Assembly: GCA_002310995.1 (NCBI GenBank)
Contig: DBYV01000012.1
Coordinates: 2,000 to 65,999 of the forward strand
Direction: 5' to 3'
Source of the DNA: a bacterium UBP6_UBA1177
GTDB lineage: Bacteria > UBP6 > UBA1177
DNA length: 64,000 nt
Below the pieces are notes generated by a model. The model had not been told where the DNA came from. It did no database searches and saw nothing but the letters and a program-made list of their open reading frames with translations. The position numbers and the translations under genes were made by a program. Below are positions 42,160-51,949 of this stretch, piece by piece. Position 1 is the first letter of the stretch, and each line of letters opens with the position of its first letter.

Positions 42160-43167
42160 CTATTTTGAGAGTTCCGCGAGTGTTTTCATTGCGTCGGAAA
42201 GACCTTTATACATCTTTTTGTACTCTTCCTTGCCCCAATCTTTAGGGTCCTTGCGGATGAAAGTCGTCAAATCTTCGCGGTTGTCGAATCTTGCAACAGG
42301 AATATTCCAGGTTTTGGTTGCGAAAACCTCTTTTCCTTTCTTTTTGACGGTAACTGTGCGCTCGACTTTGACCGTATTGGGTTTGTCGCTTGTCTCGATG
42401 AGGTAAGCCATGTCGTCGCAGCCGTATTCGCCAAGCATTACTTCAAGCGGAACACCGTGGTTGAGGATCGAGCTTTCGCCGTTCGGTTTTGCGCGCTCGT
42501 AGTTCTTTCTTCTGCTCTCTTCCGGCGTTACCCAGACATAAAGTATCGAAGCTCTGTTGAGGATGTGCTCTGAGAACATATCGAATGCAGCCGCATATCC
42601 CTGAGGAGGAGTGAGAGGCATCGTTGCGCCGTTCGCTCCGCCGCGTGCAAGCTCGATGACTATTGTCTTGTTTGTTTTGTCAGCCGCAGCCGTTGCGTTC
42701 TTTTCTTTAAGAAATTCAGCGACTTCTGCTTCAATAGCCTTTCCCGCAGCGATTCTGATATCCCACGGGATCTTTCCGAATTCGCGGCCAAGATCGAGTT
42801 TTTCACGGATATTGTCCATTCTGTCGAAAAGCCACTGAGCGGCAGAGGGAACATTGATGATGTTGGAGTTTACGAGGTCTTCGTAATCCTCGTTGAGAAG
42901 CTCTATCAGAGTTGACCATTCCATCTGATCCTTGAAAGGACGTGTCGCACCTTTGTAGAAAATGTAGTGCCAGCCGAGTTTGCTGAGTTCGTCGTCGATT
43001 CTGTGCATGAAATGAACATAGGGATAGTCGTCAAGCTGAAGCGTCTCCCCCATGTGCATGTCGTTTTCGCACTGCTTTTTGGTGAGATGTTCCATAAATC
43101 TGCGTACTTCTGACTTCCCCGAAGCCGGAAGGGCAAGCAATAAAACGGTGTCAAGCAGTTTTGCCAT
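42160..43167 (-). CDS. hypothetical P-loop (kinase-like) protein
   Basis: Walker-A-like LLLALPASGKSE near the N-terminus, otherwise unrecognised. Start at MAKLLD (43167), after GAGGAGAG. Confidence 0.45.
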   Translation of the reverse strand: MAKLLDTVLLLALPASGKSEVRRFMEHLTKKQCENDMHMGETLQLDDYPYVHFMHRIDDELSKLGWHYIFYKGATRPFKDQMEWSTLIELLNEDYEDLVNSNIINVPSAAQWLFDRMDNIREKLDLGREFGKIPWDIRIAAGKAIEAEVAEFLKEKNATAAADKTNKTIVIELARGGANGATMPLTPPQGYAAAFDMFSEHILNRASILYVWVTPEESRRKNYERAKPNGESSILNHGVPLEVMLGEYGCDDMAYLIETSDKPNTVKVERTVTVKKKGKEVFATKTWNIPVARFDNREDLTTFIRKDPKDWGKEEYKKMYKGLSDAMKTLAELSK

Positions 43168-43273
43168 TTTTCTCTCCTCTGTCAAAAAATTAAAACTGCT
43201 ACTTATAAAACATCGCTTTAAAATGTCAAAAAGAAAGCGCGAAATTCATTTTGCAGCAAAGGACTGCCAATTC

Positions 43274-43301
43274 TTGACTTGCACTGCTTTATCCCTATAA
43301 T
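43274..43301 (+). promoter_or_regulatory. sigma70-type promoter TTGACT-16-TATAAT for nfu
   Basis: Hexamers at 43274-43279 and 43296-43301. Confidence 0.55.
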
Positions 43302-43343
43302 TCTCTGTTTTTGTTTTTTTACTTAATTTTTAGGGAGATTACA

Positions 43344-43580
43344 ATGGCTGCAAACGATTGGAAAGAAAAGGTAAAAGAGGTTCTTGAAGAAGTCCGTCCA
43401 GCACTTCAGAGAGACGGCGGAGATGTCGAACTTAAGGAAGTAACAGACGACGGTATCGTAAAGGTTGCTCTTCAGGGTCACTGCGCAGGCTGCCCGATGA
43501 GTCAGATGACTCTCAAAATGGGAATCGAACAGCACCTCAAAAGCCTCGTTCCGGAAGTAAAAGAGGTCGTAAACGTCTAA
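43344..43580 (+). CDS. nfu: NifU C-terminal-domain (Nfu-type) Fe-S carrier protein
   Basis: VRPALQRDGGDVEL...GHCAGCPMSQMTLK has the CxxC motif. 78 aa, starting at MAANDW. Confidence 0.85.
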   Translation: MAANDWKEKVKEVLEEVRPALQRDGGDVELKEVTDDGIVKVALQGHCAGCPMSQMTLKMGIEQHLKSLVPEVKEVVNV

Positions 43581-43634
43581 AATCTTCTAAAAAACTGCGA
43601 CAGGCAGGAAAAGCTTCTTTATTCGGAGGATAAA

Positions 43635-44405
43635 ATGCTTTCCATAGTTCCGCTCGGCTGTTACGGCAGCGATCTTGAAAATAAAAAGTGCATATCTATG
43701 CTGGTTACCCCGTCAACAGTTATTGACACAGGCTCAATCATGTCGTCTCTCGATACGAACCAGCTTCTTGCAATAAAACATGTCATCATTACACATTCCC
43801 ACTTTGATCACATAAAAAATCTTCCGATTTTCGCCGATTTCATGCTTTCGCTCGGGAATCATTCGTTTACGGTTTATACGACCGAAAACATTATGGCTCA
43901 GGTGATGGAACACATTTTCAACGACCTCATCTGGCCTGATTTCACAAAGCTGCCGACAAAAAAGAACCCGACGATAAAGTTTCAGCCAATAAAGTTCGAC
44001 GAGACTTTTACGATTGAAGGGATTGAATTTCTGCCAATCGAAGTGAACCATGTCGTCGAGTCTCTTGGATTCATTCTCAGGAAAAACGGCGAAGCGATAG
44101 CCTACTCCGGCGACACTGGAATCTGTGAAAATTTTGTAAACCACATAAATGATGATCATTCAATAAAAACAATTTGCTGGGAGACATCGTTTCCGAACAG
44201 ACTTGAAAAACTTGCGACAGCGTCGAAACATCTCACACCATCGCAACTTTCTGGTGAACTTGCAAAAATAAAACACCACTGTGACATACATACTTTCCAC
44301 CTGAAACCCAATCTGGAAGATGAGATAATTGACGACATTAAAAGTATCAAAAGTCCGATGAAAATCATCCCGATGAAGCAGAAACGTCCTATAACAGTAT
44401 CTTGA
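43635..44405 (+). CDS. MBL-fold metallo-hydrolase, class II 3',5'-cyclic-nucleotide phosphodiesterase-like
   Basis: VIDTGS and the ITHSHFDHIKNLP metal-binding motif. The size and layout match class II PDEs. Confidence 0.6.
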   Translation: MLSIVPLGCYGSDLENKKCISMLVTPSTVIDTGSIMSSLDTNQLLAIKHVIITHSHFDHIKNLPIFADFMLSLGNHSFTVYTTENIMAQVMEHIFNDLIWPDFTKLPTKKNPTIKFQPIKFDETFTIEGIEFLPIEVNHVVESLGFILRKNGEAIAYSGDTGICENFVNHINDDHSIKTICWETSFPNRLEKLATASKHLTPSQLSGELAKIKHHCDIHTFHLKPNLEDEIIDDIKSIKSPMKIIPMKQKRPITVS

Positions 44406-44410
44406 AACAA

Positions 44411-45937
44411 ATGAACAGACAAATTATAGTAAACAACACTTACGGCGAAAAAAGAATTGCCATACTTGAAGACAGAAAACTCGTTGAACTACATGTAATC
44501 CATTCTGACGAGAGCAGCTGCCTTTCAAACATATATTCCGGAATAGTCCGCCGCGTCCTTCCAGGAATGCAGTCAGCGTTCGTCGAATTCGGCGGTGCAA
44601 GAACCGGTTTCATCCACGCAAACGACCTGAAAGTCAACATAACTTATGAAGAATATCAGAAAAATATCGAAAGCGATGACGATGATCCCGCCATTGACGA
44701 TCAAACATCTGAAACACAGAACGAATCGCGCAAATTCACTGACATCACCGAATATGCGAAAGAAGGCAACAGAATTTTAGTTCAGGTCGTGAAAGAACCG
44801 ATAGGACAGAAAGGGGCGAAACTCACAACGCACATTTCACTCGCCGGAAGATACTGCGTGCTACTGCCAACAATTAGCCATATCGGCGTAAGCAAAAAAA
44901 TCAACGACCGCGAAAAGCGCGACGAACTCAGGGAATTCGGACAGAAAGTGCTGAATAAGGGTTACGGCATAATCCTTAGGACTCTCGCAGCCGAAACAGA
45001 CCTTAAAACCATCGAAAAAGAGGTGGTTTTTCTTATAAAAAAATGGATCTCAATACAAAATACTTTTCAAAAGGGCAAAGGAACAGCACTAATCGAAGCA
45101 GCTCTTGATCCGATGCTTGATTTCGTACAGAATACCGGCATGGATGAACTTTCCGAGATTGTTGTCGACAACAAAAACGACGAAAAGGCTGTACGCGATT
45201 ACTTTGCCTTCTACGGGGAAAACCCCGATGACAAGGTTAAATTTTACGACCTGCCCTACCCGATTTTTGACTACTATTCGATTGAGCCCGAAGTTACCAA
45301 ACTGGTAAAGAAAAAAATATGGCTTAAAAGCGGCGGCTTTCTTATCATCGAACAGACAGAGGCTCTGACTGTTATTGACGTGAATACTGGCAAATTTGTC
45401 GGGAAAGGCGATCTGGAAAGTACCGTAGTCAAAACCAATTGCGAAGCGGCAGAAGAAATCGCATACCACTTGAGACTCAGAAATTTAGCCGGAATAATCG
45501 TCGTTGACTTCATAGATATGCGCAATCAGGTAAACAAGAAAAAAGTTATAACAAAACTCGAAAAAGAGCTTGAAAAAGACCCTGCAAAATGCACGGTTTT
45601 CTACTTTACGCGCCTTGGTTTAATCCAGATAACACGCAAAAGAACGACCGAAAGCAACATCTCGTCGCTTACCGAACCGTGTCCTTACTGCAGCGGCAAC
45701 GGCATAATCCGCTCACGTGAAACCCTAACATTCCAGATTTTCCGCGAAATAAAAAAACATGTAAAGCTTTACAACAGCAAAGTTTTAACAGTAAAAGCTC
45801 ATCCTGAAACTATTTTTGCACTTGAACAGAAATATTCAGAAGAACTCGAAAAACTCAAAAAAGAACTCAAAATCTCGGTAAACACCGAATCAGACAATAC
45901 ACTCCACAGAGAATCATTTGCAGTAGATGAGAAATAA
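44411..45937 (+). CDS. rng: ribonuclease G/E family endoribonuclease
   Basis: S1 domain (IYSGIVRRVLPGMQSAFVEFG), LTVIDVNTGKFVG and IIVVDFIDM motifs. The start is either ATG 44411 or TTG 44402. Confidence 0.85.
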   Translation: MNRQIIVNNTYGEKRIAILEDRKLVELHVIHSDESSCLSNIYSGIVRRVLPGMQSAFVEFGGARTGFIHANDLKVNITYEEYQKNIESDDDDPAIDDQTSETQNESRKFTDITEYAKEGNRILVQVVKEPIGQKGAKLTTHISLAGRYCVLLPTISHIGVSKKINDREKRDELREFGQKVLNKGYGIILRTLAAETDLKTIEKEVVFLIKKWISIQNTFQKGKGTALIEAALDPMLDFVQNTGMDELSEIVVDNKNDEKAVRDYFAFYGENPDDKVKFYDLPYPIFDYYSIEPEVTKLVKKKIWLKSGGFLIIEQTEALTVIDVNTGKFVGKGDLESTVVKTNCEAAEEIAYHLRLRNLAGIIVVDFIDMRNQVNKKKVITKLEKELEKDPAKCTVFYFTRLGLIQITRKRTTESNISSLTEPCPYCSGNGIIRSRETLTFQIFREIKKHVKLYNSKVLTVKAHPETIFALEQKYSEELEKLKKELKISVNTESDNTLHRESFAVDEK

Positions 45938-45950
45938 CAGAAATCAGAGA

Positions 45951-47960
45951 TTAATCCTCTGCTTCTTCCTCTCTTGATTCCATATCATTGTTAAAAACAG
46001 AAACCTGGTCGCGCCCGTGTTCTTTTGAATAGTAAAGCGCAGTATCTGCATTTTTGATAAGGTCATCCGCACTCATAGAAGGCATCGGATAAGAAGAAAC
46101 ACCAAGTGAAATCGTTATATTCAAAGGAGATCCGTCGGCATTTACCGATGAATCACGAACAATATTCCTGATTTTTTCAGCAATATTCGATGCATCGCCA
46201 ATAGATGTATTGTAAAGAAGTATTACGAATTCCTCTCCGCCGTAACGCGCTGCAAAATCGACTTTGCGGATTGATTTTTTGATTGTCGACGAAATAAAAC
46301 GGATGACATCGTCGCCCGCTTTGTGACCGTAGGTATCATTAACCTTCTTAAAGAAATCAATATCAAGCATTACCATTGAAAGCTGAACTTTTGCCCTGCT
46401 CGCTTCGCTTATCTTCTGTTCAATCATGTTGTTGAAACAGCGCCTGTTGTAAAGCCCTGTAAGACCGTCGATGTTTGAAAGTTCCTCCATCTTCTGGAAC
46501 ATCTCTATGTTGTTGAGTGCCGATGTAACGACTTTTGAAATCATCCTGACCGATGCTGAATGTTTCTTAAGTTCTTCAAAATCCTTCGTCGTATCAGTAA
46601 GAACGGAAATAGTTCCTTTAACATCGTTTTTAAAGGTCATGCAACGTATCATGATGCAGCTTTTCTTGTTCAAATCGTCGAATTCAGGCGGAAAAAACGG
46701 CTTAGACTTCCGTTTATTCACATCTGTCGCTTCATAGTAATCATCTATTTTACCGTTTACCATCATTGCATGAACCGACTGCGGATCTTTTATTTCAGCG
46801 GTAACGGGATCGTTTATATCAGACACTTCAAACTTAGGCTTTCCTTTTGCAAACTCCTTAACAGAAAAAGAATAGCCTGTGAAAGTGTTTTCCTCGCCCT
46901 TTTTTGCGACAAAAACGCCGCTTGCTTCAGGAGCAAGATTGAATATCGCAAGTGCAGCAGCTTTGAGAAGTTCATCGTGATCAAAAGCATCAACAATATT
47001 TGAAGTTTCCTGATAAAGTGTAGCATTTCTCTGCTTTTCAACAGAAATATGACTAAAAGTCTCTGACTGCCTGAGCTGTTCCAGGACATCGTCTTTTATC
47101 TCGGAGAACTTCTGGACAAGCTCCTCCTTGTCAATCTTTCCTTTGACATTAGTATCGACGACAACAACATACTCTGGATCAAAAAGCGTTACATCATCGG
47201 AATCAACCAGCGAAACAGGATAATATATTCTGAAGTTGTATTCAGGCAACATCGGGATATTTTCTCTGTCATCATCAAGAAGCGCATTGGCCGCAACTTC
47301 AGTTTTATCATGTACAGCCCTGAACAGAAGACCCTTTAACTCGAATTCTGTATCGGATTCATATATTTTAGCCATTCCGCCAGGCAGAAGTACGACCAAA
47401 CGCAGATAGACAGGTTTGTTATTGAAATTTTTAGTGCGGACAAGATACTTTTTCAATGGTCTGAAAGGATCTTTGACAAGCGGCATACTTACTTGCGGCT
47501 TCATTGCAATAGGCGTTGCAGGACGATCTTCCAGAATAAACGACAAACCTTTTCTCATAAACACCCAGACACCTATTGAAGAAAAAAGGAAAAGAACATA
47601 TACGATAAAAACGGAATAATCTGAAATATTTCCGCTGCAAATCATCAGGATAAAAGATGTGGCAGCAAACACGAAATAAGAAATGTCATCACTTTTCTGT
47701 AAAGTCAGAGGAAGAGCAAGAAAAAGAAGCGGCAAAACCGGACTGCTGTCAACTCCGCCGGAAACAATGAATACAGGAAGAAGGAAAAGCTGTACAGGAA
47801 TTCTCTTCTTTTCAACAACACGAATGTAAATTACAAGAAAAACAAAAATGCTCCACAATATAACAAGAAACGGGACACTGTCCTTGAAATAAATTGAAAG
47901 AAGCGAAAATAAAAGGGTCAGAATATGACCAAAAAAACGAAATTCCAATAAAGCTGTCAT
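45951..47960 (-). CDS. membrane-anchored diguanylate cyclase (GGDEF)
   Basis: About 5 N-terminal TM helices, then about 300 aa unassigned. The C-terminus has DGLTGLYNRR, an RKVD I-site 5 aa before RYGGEEF, and KNADTALYYSK. Confidence 0.85.
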   Translation of the reverse strand: MTALLEFRFFGHILTLLFSLLSIYFKDSVPFLVILWSIFVFLVIYIRVVEKKRIPVQLFLLPVFIVSGGVDSSPVLPLLFLALPLTLQKSDDISYFVFAATSFILMICSGNISDYSVFIVYVLFLFSSIGVWVFMRKGLSFILEDRPATPIAMKPQVSMPLVKDPFRPLKKYLVRTKNFNNKPVYLRLVVLLPGGMAKIYESDTEFELKGLLFRAVHDKTEVAANALLDDDRENIPMLPEYNFRIYYPVSLVDSDDVTLFDPEYVVVVDTNVKGKIDKEELVQKFSEIKDDVLEQLRQSETFSHISVEKQRNATLYQETSNIVDAFDHDELLKAAALAIFNLAPEASGVFVAKKGEENTFTGYSFSVKEFAKGKPKFEVSDINDPVTAEIKDPQSVHAMMVNGKIDDYYEATDVNKRKSKPFFPPEFDDLNKKSCIMIRCMTFKNDVKGTISVLTDTTKDFEELKKHSASVRMISKVVTSALNNIEMFQKMEELSNIDGLTGLYNRRCFNNMIEQKISEASRAKVQLSMVMLDIDFFKKVNDTYGHKAGDDVIRFISSTIKKSIRKVDFAARYGGEEFVILLYNTSIGDASNIAEKIRNIVRDSSVNADGSPLNITISLGVSSYPMPSMSADDLIKNADTALYYSKEHGRDQVSVFNNDMESREEEAED

Positions 47961-48241
47961 TTTTCGGGTGTATATCTGTATTTATATTGATCCGGGCGCA
48001 ACATTTTGTATTTTATCCGCAGGAGCTCTTCTGCAGCTCTTGGATCTTTGGAAAAACGCTCTATCTTCCAATGCAAGAGATCTTTTTCACGATTTATCGT
48101 GTGTTGTTTTTCTTCGATTATCCTGATTTTATCTCTGTTACGGTCAAATTCACCATAAGAAGAAATTATATCGTAGAGACAAAAAACTGAAAAAACCAGA
48201 AACACTAAACCGAAAAGAAAAAATATCTGCTTTCTTTTCAT
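47957..48241 (-). CDS. FtsB/DivIC-like septum-formation-initiator family protein
   Basis: 94 aa with one N-terminal TM helix, a short coiled coil and a KDPRAAEELLRIKYKMLRPDQ tail resembling the family C-terminus. Confidence 0.5.
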   Translation of the reverse strand: MKRKQIFFLFGLVFLVFSVFCLYDIISSYGEFDRNRDKIRIIEEKQHTINREKDLLHWKIERFSKDPRAAEELLRIKYKMLRPDQYKYRYTPEK

Positions 48242-48648
48242 TCTTTCGCCCTCGTTGCAACAGCTATATTCTCAAATTTCAAAGACTTGAGTATATCAAG
48301 AATTTCCGTTACCTTGCCGTGCTGAGTAGTAGCATCAGCTTTAATGACAATAACATATTTTAAACGCATATCCGTGTCAAATTTTGAAAGGAATTCTTTC
48401 ACATCTTCCGTTGAAGCGACTTCCGTTCCACCTAGAGCGATCCTGCCGTCTGAACTTATTGCAATCTCGAACTTTTCGGCCGAGATGAGCGGCGTATCGG
48501 AACTTGCTTTGGGCAGATCTACTTTAAGCCCTGATTCCTTAACAAAAGTGCTGGTTAGTGAGAAGAATATGAGAAGCGTGAAAAGAACATCGACAAGCGA
48601 ACTTATATCGATGGAAAAATCTTTACCGGCGCGTCTCTTCAGTTCCAT
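48238..48648 (-). CDS. ExbD/TolR-family biopolymer transport protein (no ExbB/TolQ partner in the window)
   Basis: DISSLVDVLFTLLIFF TM motif, VDLPKAS, and VVIKADATTQHGKVTEILDILK. Confidence 0.75.
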   Translation of the reverse strand: MELKRRAGKDFSIDISSLVDVLFTLLIFFSLTSTFVKESGLKVDLPKASSDTPLISAEKFEIAISSDGRIALGGTEVASTEDVKEFLSKFDTDMRLKYVIVIKADATTQHGKVTEILDILKSLKFENIAVATRAKE

Positions 48649-49949
48649 CAGCCCCTCTTTGTATCAGAAAAAGGAGAAAACAAAAAATAGACAAACGGAA
48701 CAAATCCTACGAACCATTCAGGGAAAATAAGCAAAGATCCCAGATAAACAAGCCAGAAAAGAGAAGGTGAAAGCCACGTTGATGCAATACTATCAGGAAT
48801 CTGCGGCAGCTCAAGACGCTGAAGAAGAGCTGGTGACAGAGAAACTCCGAACATAACTACAACAAGAGGCAACGCAACCAAAAGTGTACCGCAAACACCT
48901 AAAACAACAGGAAGAACCGCAAGTATGAAGTTGAATTTCCATGAGAACAGGAAATTCTCGTTCTTCAGCGGAACAGTTCTGACATTATTTCTGATTTTGT
49001 TGAGATAAAAAACAAAAGTCGCCAGCAGAAGCGTAACAACTGAAAGCTGCGGCAAATCAGCAAAAAGGGCAACCGCCGTCAGCAGAAGCGAGACAATGAA
49101 AACTATTGTCCCCAGCATATTCCAGTCAAAATGCTCCTTTTCAAGACATCGCAAAGCCGCCTCTTTCGCGCTTTTGGCAAATATTTTATTTGAAAAAAAG
49201 CAAAAAGAGTCTTTTTTATCAAGATAGTTGTCTATCAGACGCTCTTCCGCTTCGTTTTTCATCGAAGGAGTGTCGACATCCTGCCACAGATGCCCGGTCA
49301 TTTCAGCGCAGGCGAACTTTCTCTCACGCGCCTCCATTCCCATGACATCGGATATAGAAACATCACCTTTCGTATCGTAAATCTCCTGAAGCATCGGGAA
49401 CACAGCTGGTTTGCAAAGGAAAAGCCCTGTATCGACCGCATCATATGAAGGAAGTTCCTTGCCTATTGTCGTGATTTCACCATCTTCCGTAACTACTTTT
49501 GTCGCATCATCCAGATCAAAGACACCTTCGATGTTTCTGTCAACTGAAAGAATGACATCATATTTTTCAAGTTTCGGTTCGGCTTTTTCTAGAAAATCGG
49601 CAAAAAAATCGTTGGAAAAAATATGATCCGACATCGAAAGCATGAATGGCGCATCATCCAGACAATCCTTGGAACGAAGCAGCGAAATGCCGTTTTTCTT
49701 GTTGTATTCTGTGTTCTCGGCAAAAACAACACCCTGAATATTGTTCTTTTTTATATATTCCCTGATCTGGTCGCCGCGATATCCGACAACGACAACAACC
49801 TTTTCAATACCGACAGACTGCATTAAAGTGATAACACGCTCAATCAAAGCCATACCACCGACAGGCATGAGAGGCTTAGGTTCGTTGCGACCTTCACTGT
49901 TGAGCCTGCTGCCAAGTCCACTTGCAAGGATAACGCCCTGTTTTATCAT
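48648..49949 (-). CDS. nucleotidyltransferase (NTP_transferase fold) fused to a C-terminal 5-TM domain
   Basis: MIKQGVILASGLGSRL...KPLMPVGG signature. The last 190 aa or so are hydrophobic helices with no CDP-alcohol motif. Confidence 0.7.
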   Translation of the reverse strand: MIKQGVILASGLGSRLNSEGRNEPKPLMPVGGMALIERVITLMQSVGIEKVVVVVGYRGDQIREYIKKNNIQGVVFAENTEYNKKNGISLLRSKDCLDDAPFMLSMSDHIFSNDFFADFLEKAEPKLEKYDVILSVDRNIEGVFDLDDATKVVTEDGEITTIGKELPSYDAVDTGLFLCKPAVFPMLQEIYDTKGDVSISDVMGMEARERKFACAEMTGHLWQDVDTPSMKNEAEERLIDNYLDKKDSFCFFSNKIFAKSAKEAALRCLEKEHFDWNMLGTIVFIVSLLLTAVALFADLPQLSVVTLLLATFVFYLNKIRNNVRTVPLKNENFLFSWKFNFILAVLPVVLGVCGTLLVALPLVVVMFGVSLSPALLQRLELPQIPDSIASTWLSPSLFWLVYLGSLLIFPEWFVGFVPFVYFLFSPFSDTKRG

Positions 49950-49957
49950 GTTCGCCT

Positions 49958-50758
49958 CTAAGCTTTAGGTTGCATATCTTTAGCGATTTCCGCCTTTTTC
50001 GCCACAATGTATTCCTTGTATCCGTCAAGATCGCCTTTATCGTAACAAACCGGAGACAAAAACGTGTATACAAGCATATGGAAAAGAAGACAGTCAAGAA
50101 CCCAAGGCTCGCCAGTAACAGCCGTAGCTACTCCGCTTGCGACAAGCATGAGAACCGCAATACTCATAAAAAATTTAAATCTTTTGTTGAAGTGACGTCC
50201 GTGATGACTTACAAACGGTCTGAATGAAAGATTGTTCCAGCCTATCCATATAAACAGAGGAATAAGGAAATATTTGTAGAAAGGAAGATATTCAGCCGGA
50301 AGATACTTGCTGAGGTGCGTTCCGGCTCCGATGAGACTCATCAAATAAAAAGCCGAGACCGGACGCGGAGTGCCGAGGAAGAAACGCGGAAAATCAATAT
50401 CGTAGACTTCGTTTCTTGCATGCCTTATGCAACCGAAAACAAGCGGAACCATACCCATGCAGTAAGCAACAAGCGCGTTCAGAAAACCGCCATCCGGAAC
50501 TTTGTAGAAAGCATAGACTACAAAAGCGGGGCATACAGCGTAAGTTACATGGTCCGCGATAAGATCGAGTTCTTTTCCGAAATCATTGCTCATTTTAGTA
50601 ATTCTAGCAACTATACCGTCGCAAAAATCGAGAACAAAAGCAACCATAACCAAATAGCAAGCCTGCTGAATATTGCCTTCTATTGCCATAACGGCAGAGA
50701 GAAAACCAATGGCAACATTACCCAAAGTGACAACATCCTTCAGATGAACGAGTCTCAT
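49958..50758 (-). CDS. CDP-alcohol phosphatidyltransferase family (PssA-like)
   Basis: The motif DFCDGIVAR-x8-G-KEL-D-LIA-D fits D-x2-DG-x2-AR-x8-G-x3-D-x3-D exactly. Polytopic. Confidence 0.8.
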   Translation of the reverse strand: MRLVHLKDVVTLGNVAIGFLSAVMAIEGNIQQACYLVMVAFVLDFCDGIVARITKMSNDFGKELDLIADHVTYAVCPAFVVYAFYKVPDGGFLNALVAYCMGMVPLVFGCIRHARNEVYDIDFPRFFLGTPRPVSAFYLMSLIGAGTHLSKYLPAEYLPFYKYFLIPLFIWIGWNNLSFRPFVSHHGRHFNKRFKFFMSIAVLMLVASGVATAVTGEPWVLDCLLFHMLVYTFLSPVCYDKGDLDGYKEYIVAKKAEIAKDMQPKA

Positions 50759-50905
50759 TTTTCCTCCAAATAAAAAACCGAAACAAAAAAAACGGCATAT
50801 AATAAGGAAAAATATTCAAAAATCACTTTTTATTAGGGAAAAACTTTTTGAAATTAAGAAAAAAAGAGAAAAAACGGTTGAAGAATATATTGATTGAAAA
50901 AACTA

Positions 50906-51949
50906 TTATTCTCCGCCTGTACCGCTAGCACCACCTGCACCGCCGGCAGCATTCGAGTCGTCTTCCTCAGGACATTCCGGTTCTTCAGGAAGTTCAGACG
51001 GACAGCAGAGGTAATAGTTTGTGTCATCTGCCGGTTTTTTCATAGTGTTATAAATCATTTCAACAACACTAGCAGCTGCATATCCGGTAATGTAGCAGGA
51101 ACTTTCCGATTGGCAATAAGTTTCAGCTATGAATCTTTCCCATTCAGTATCACCGGCGTAGCAGTTGACCTGTGACCAATCCTGTCCAGCATAACAACCG
51201 TAGAGTATAGTCTCGTTGAAAGCACAAGCATTTTTGATTGCATTAAACTGTACTTTTGCGGCGCAGACAGTTTTACCGTCCGATCCTGTTTCATCCTGGA
51301 ATCCTCCTTCTGGATAAGGATATACTGAAGACATTTGGATAGTCGTTCCAAAAGTCGGGAAGATGTTTAAATTCATCTTATTTGTCTTGACTTCTGTTCC
51401 GTCTGCGAGTTCACCCAAAACTCTTATCTTAACTATGAGCGGACTTGCTATCCAGTCTATATCATTGACATGCTCAAGAAGGTTCTTTGCCTGTGCTTCT
51501 TCAAAAATGTGTATTGAACCTGCTGCCACATCTCCACCAGGACCTACAACGATCTGATGTTCTGTGTTTCTTGTTTTCTTATTCCAAAGCTTCTGGTCAA
51601 GAGTAAGTTTTCTTCCGTCAGCCTGCGGTCTCGGATCCCACTCGTATTCTATTTCGACTTTGTCTGCATAGAAATAGTTGGCTTCCGCAGTCGCTAACGA
51701 TGATTCAGAACTACCTCCATCGCTTGCGGGGATATAGTTCTTGACCTGAAAAGCAAGCTGATAATCAAACGTGAATGCAAGGTCGATTATACCGTCAGTG
51801 TAGTACTTGTCGCCATTAGCCTTGATTTCACAGTTGTCCGCTGCCGTAACAGGAATAAATTTTTCAAGGATGACTCTGTTACGTCTTTCAACGCACGAAA
51901 CCATCATCAAAGAAGCTACCATCAGGGTAAGAATGAAAAACTTTCTCAT
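50906..51949 (-). CDS. hypothetical lipoprotein, translationally coupled to aroB
   Basis: MRKFFILTLMVASLMMVS|C lipobox and GGAGG RBS. ATGA overlap with the aroB stop. Cys-rich, acidic/Gly C-terminal tail. Confidence 0.6.
   Translation of the reverse strand: MRKFFILTLMVASLMMVSCVERRNRVILEKFIPVTAADNCEIKANGDKYYTDGIIDLAFTFDYQLAFQVKNYIPASDGGSSESSLATAEANYFYADKVEIEYEWDPRPQADGRKLTLDQKLWNKKTRNTEHQIVVGPGGDVAAGSIHIFEEAQAKNLLEHVNDIDWIASPLIVKIRVLGELADGTEVKTNKMNLNIFPTFGTTIQMSSVYPYPEGGFQDETGSDGKTVCAAKVQFNAIKNACAFNETILYGCYAGQDWSQVNCYAGDTEWERFIAETYCQSESSCYITGYAAASVVEMIYNTMKKPADDTNYYLCCPSELPEEPECPEEDDSNAAGGAGGASGTGGE

Noticed and set aside
48238-48648. A Tol-Pal or TonB-ExbBD system
   Set aside because: Only the ExbD/TolR-like gene is present. 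No ExbB/TolQ, TonB/TolA, TolB or Pal motifs occur in the neighbouring ORFs.
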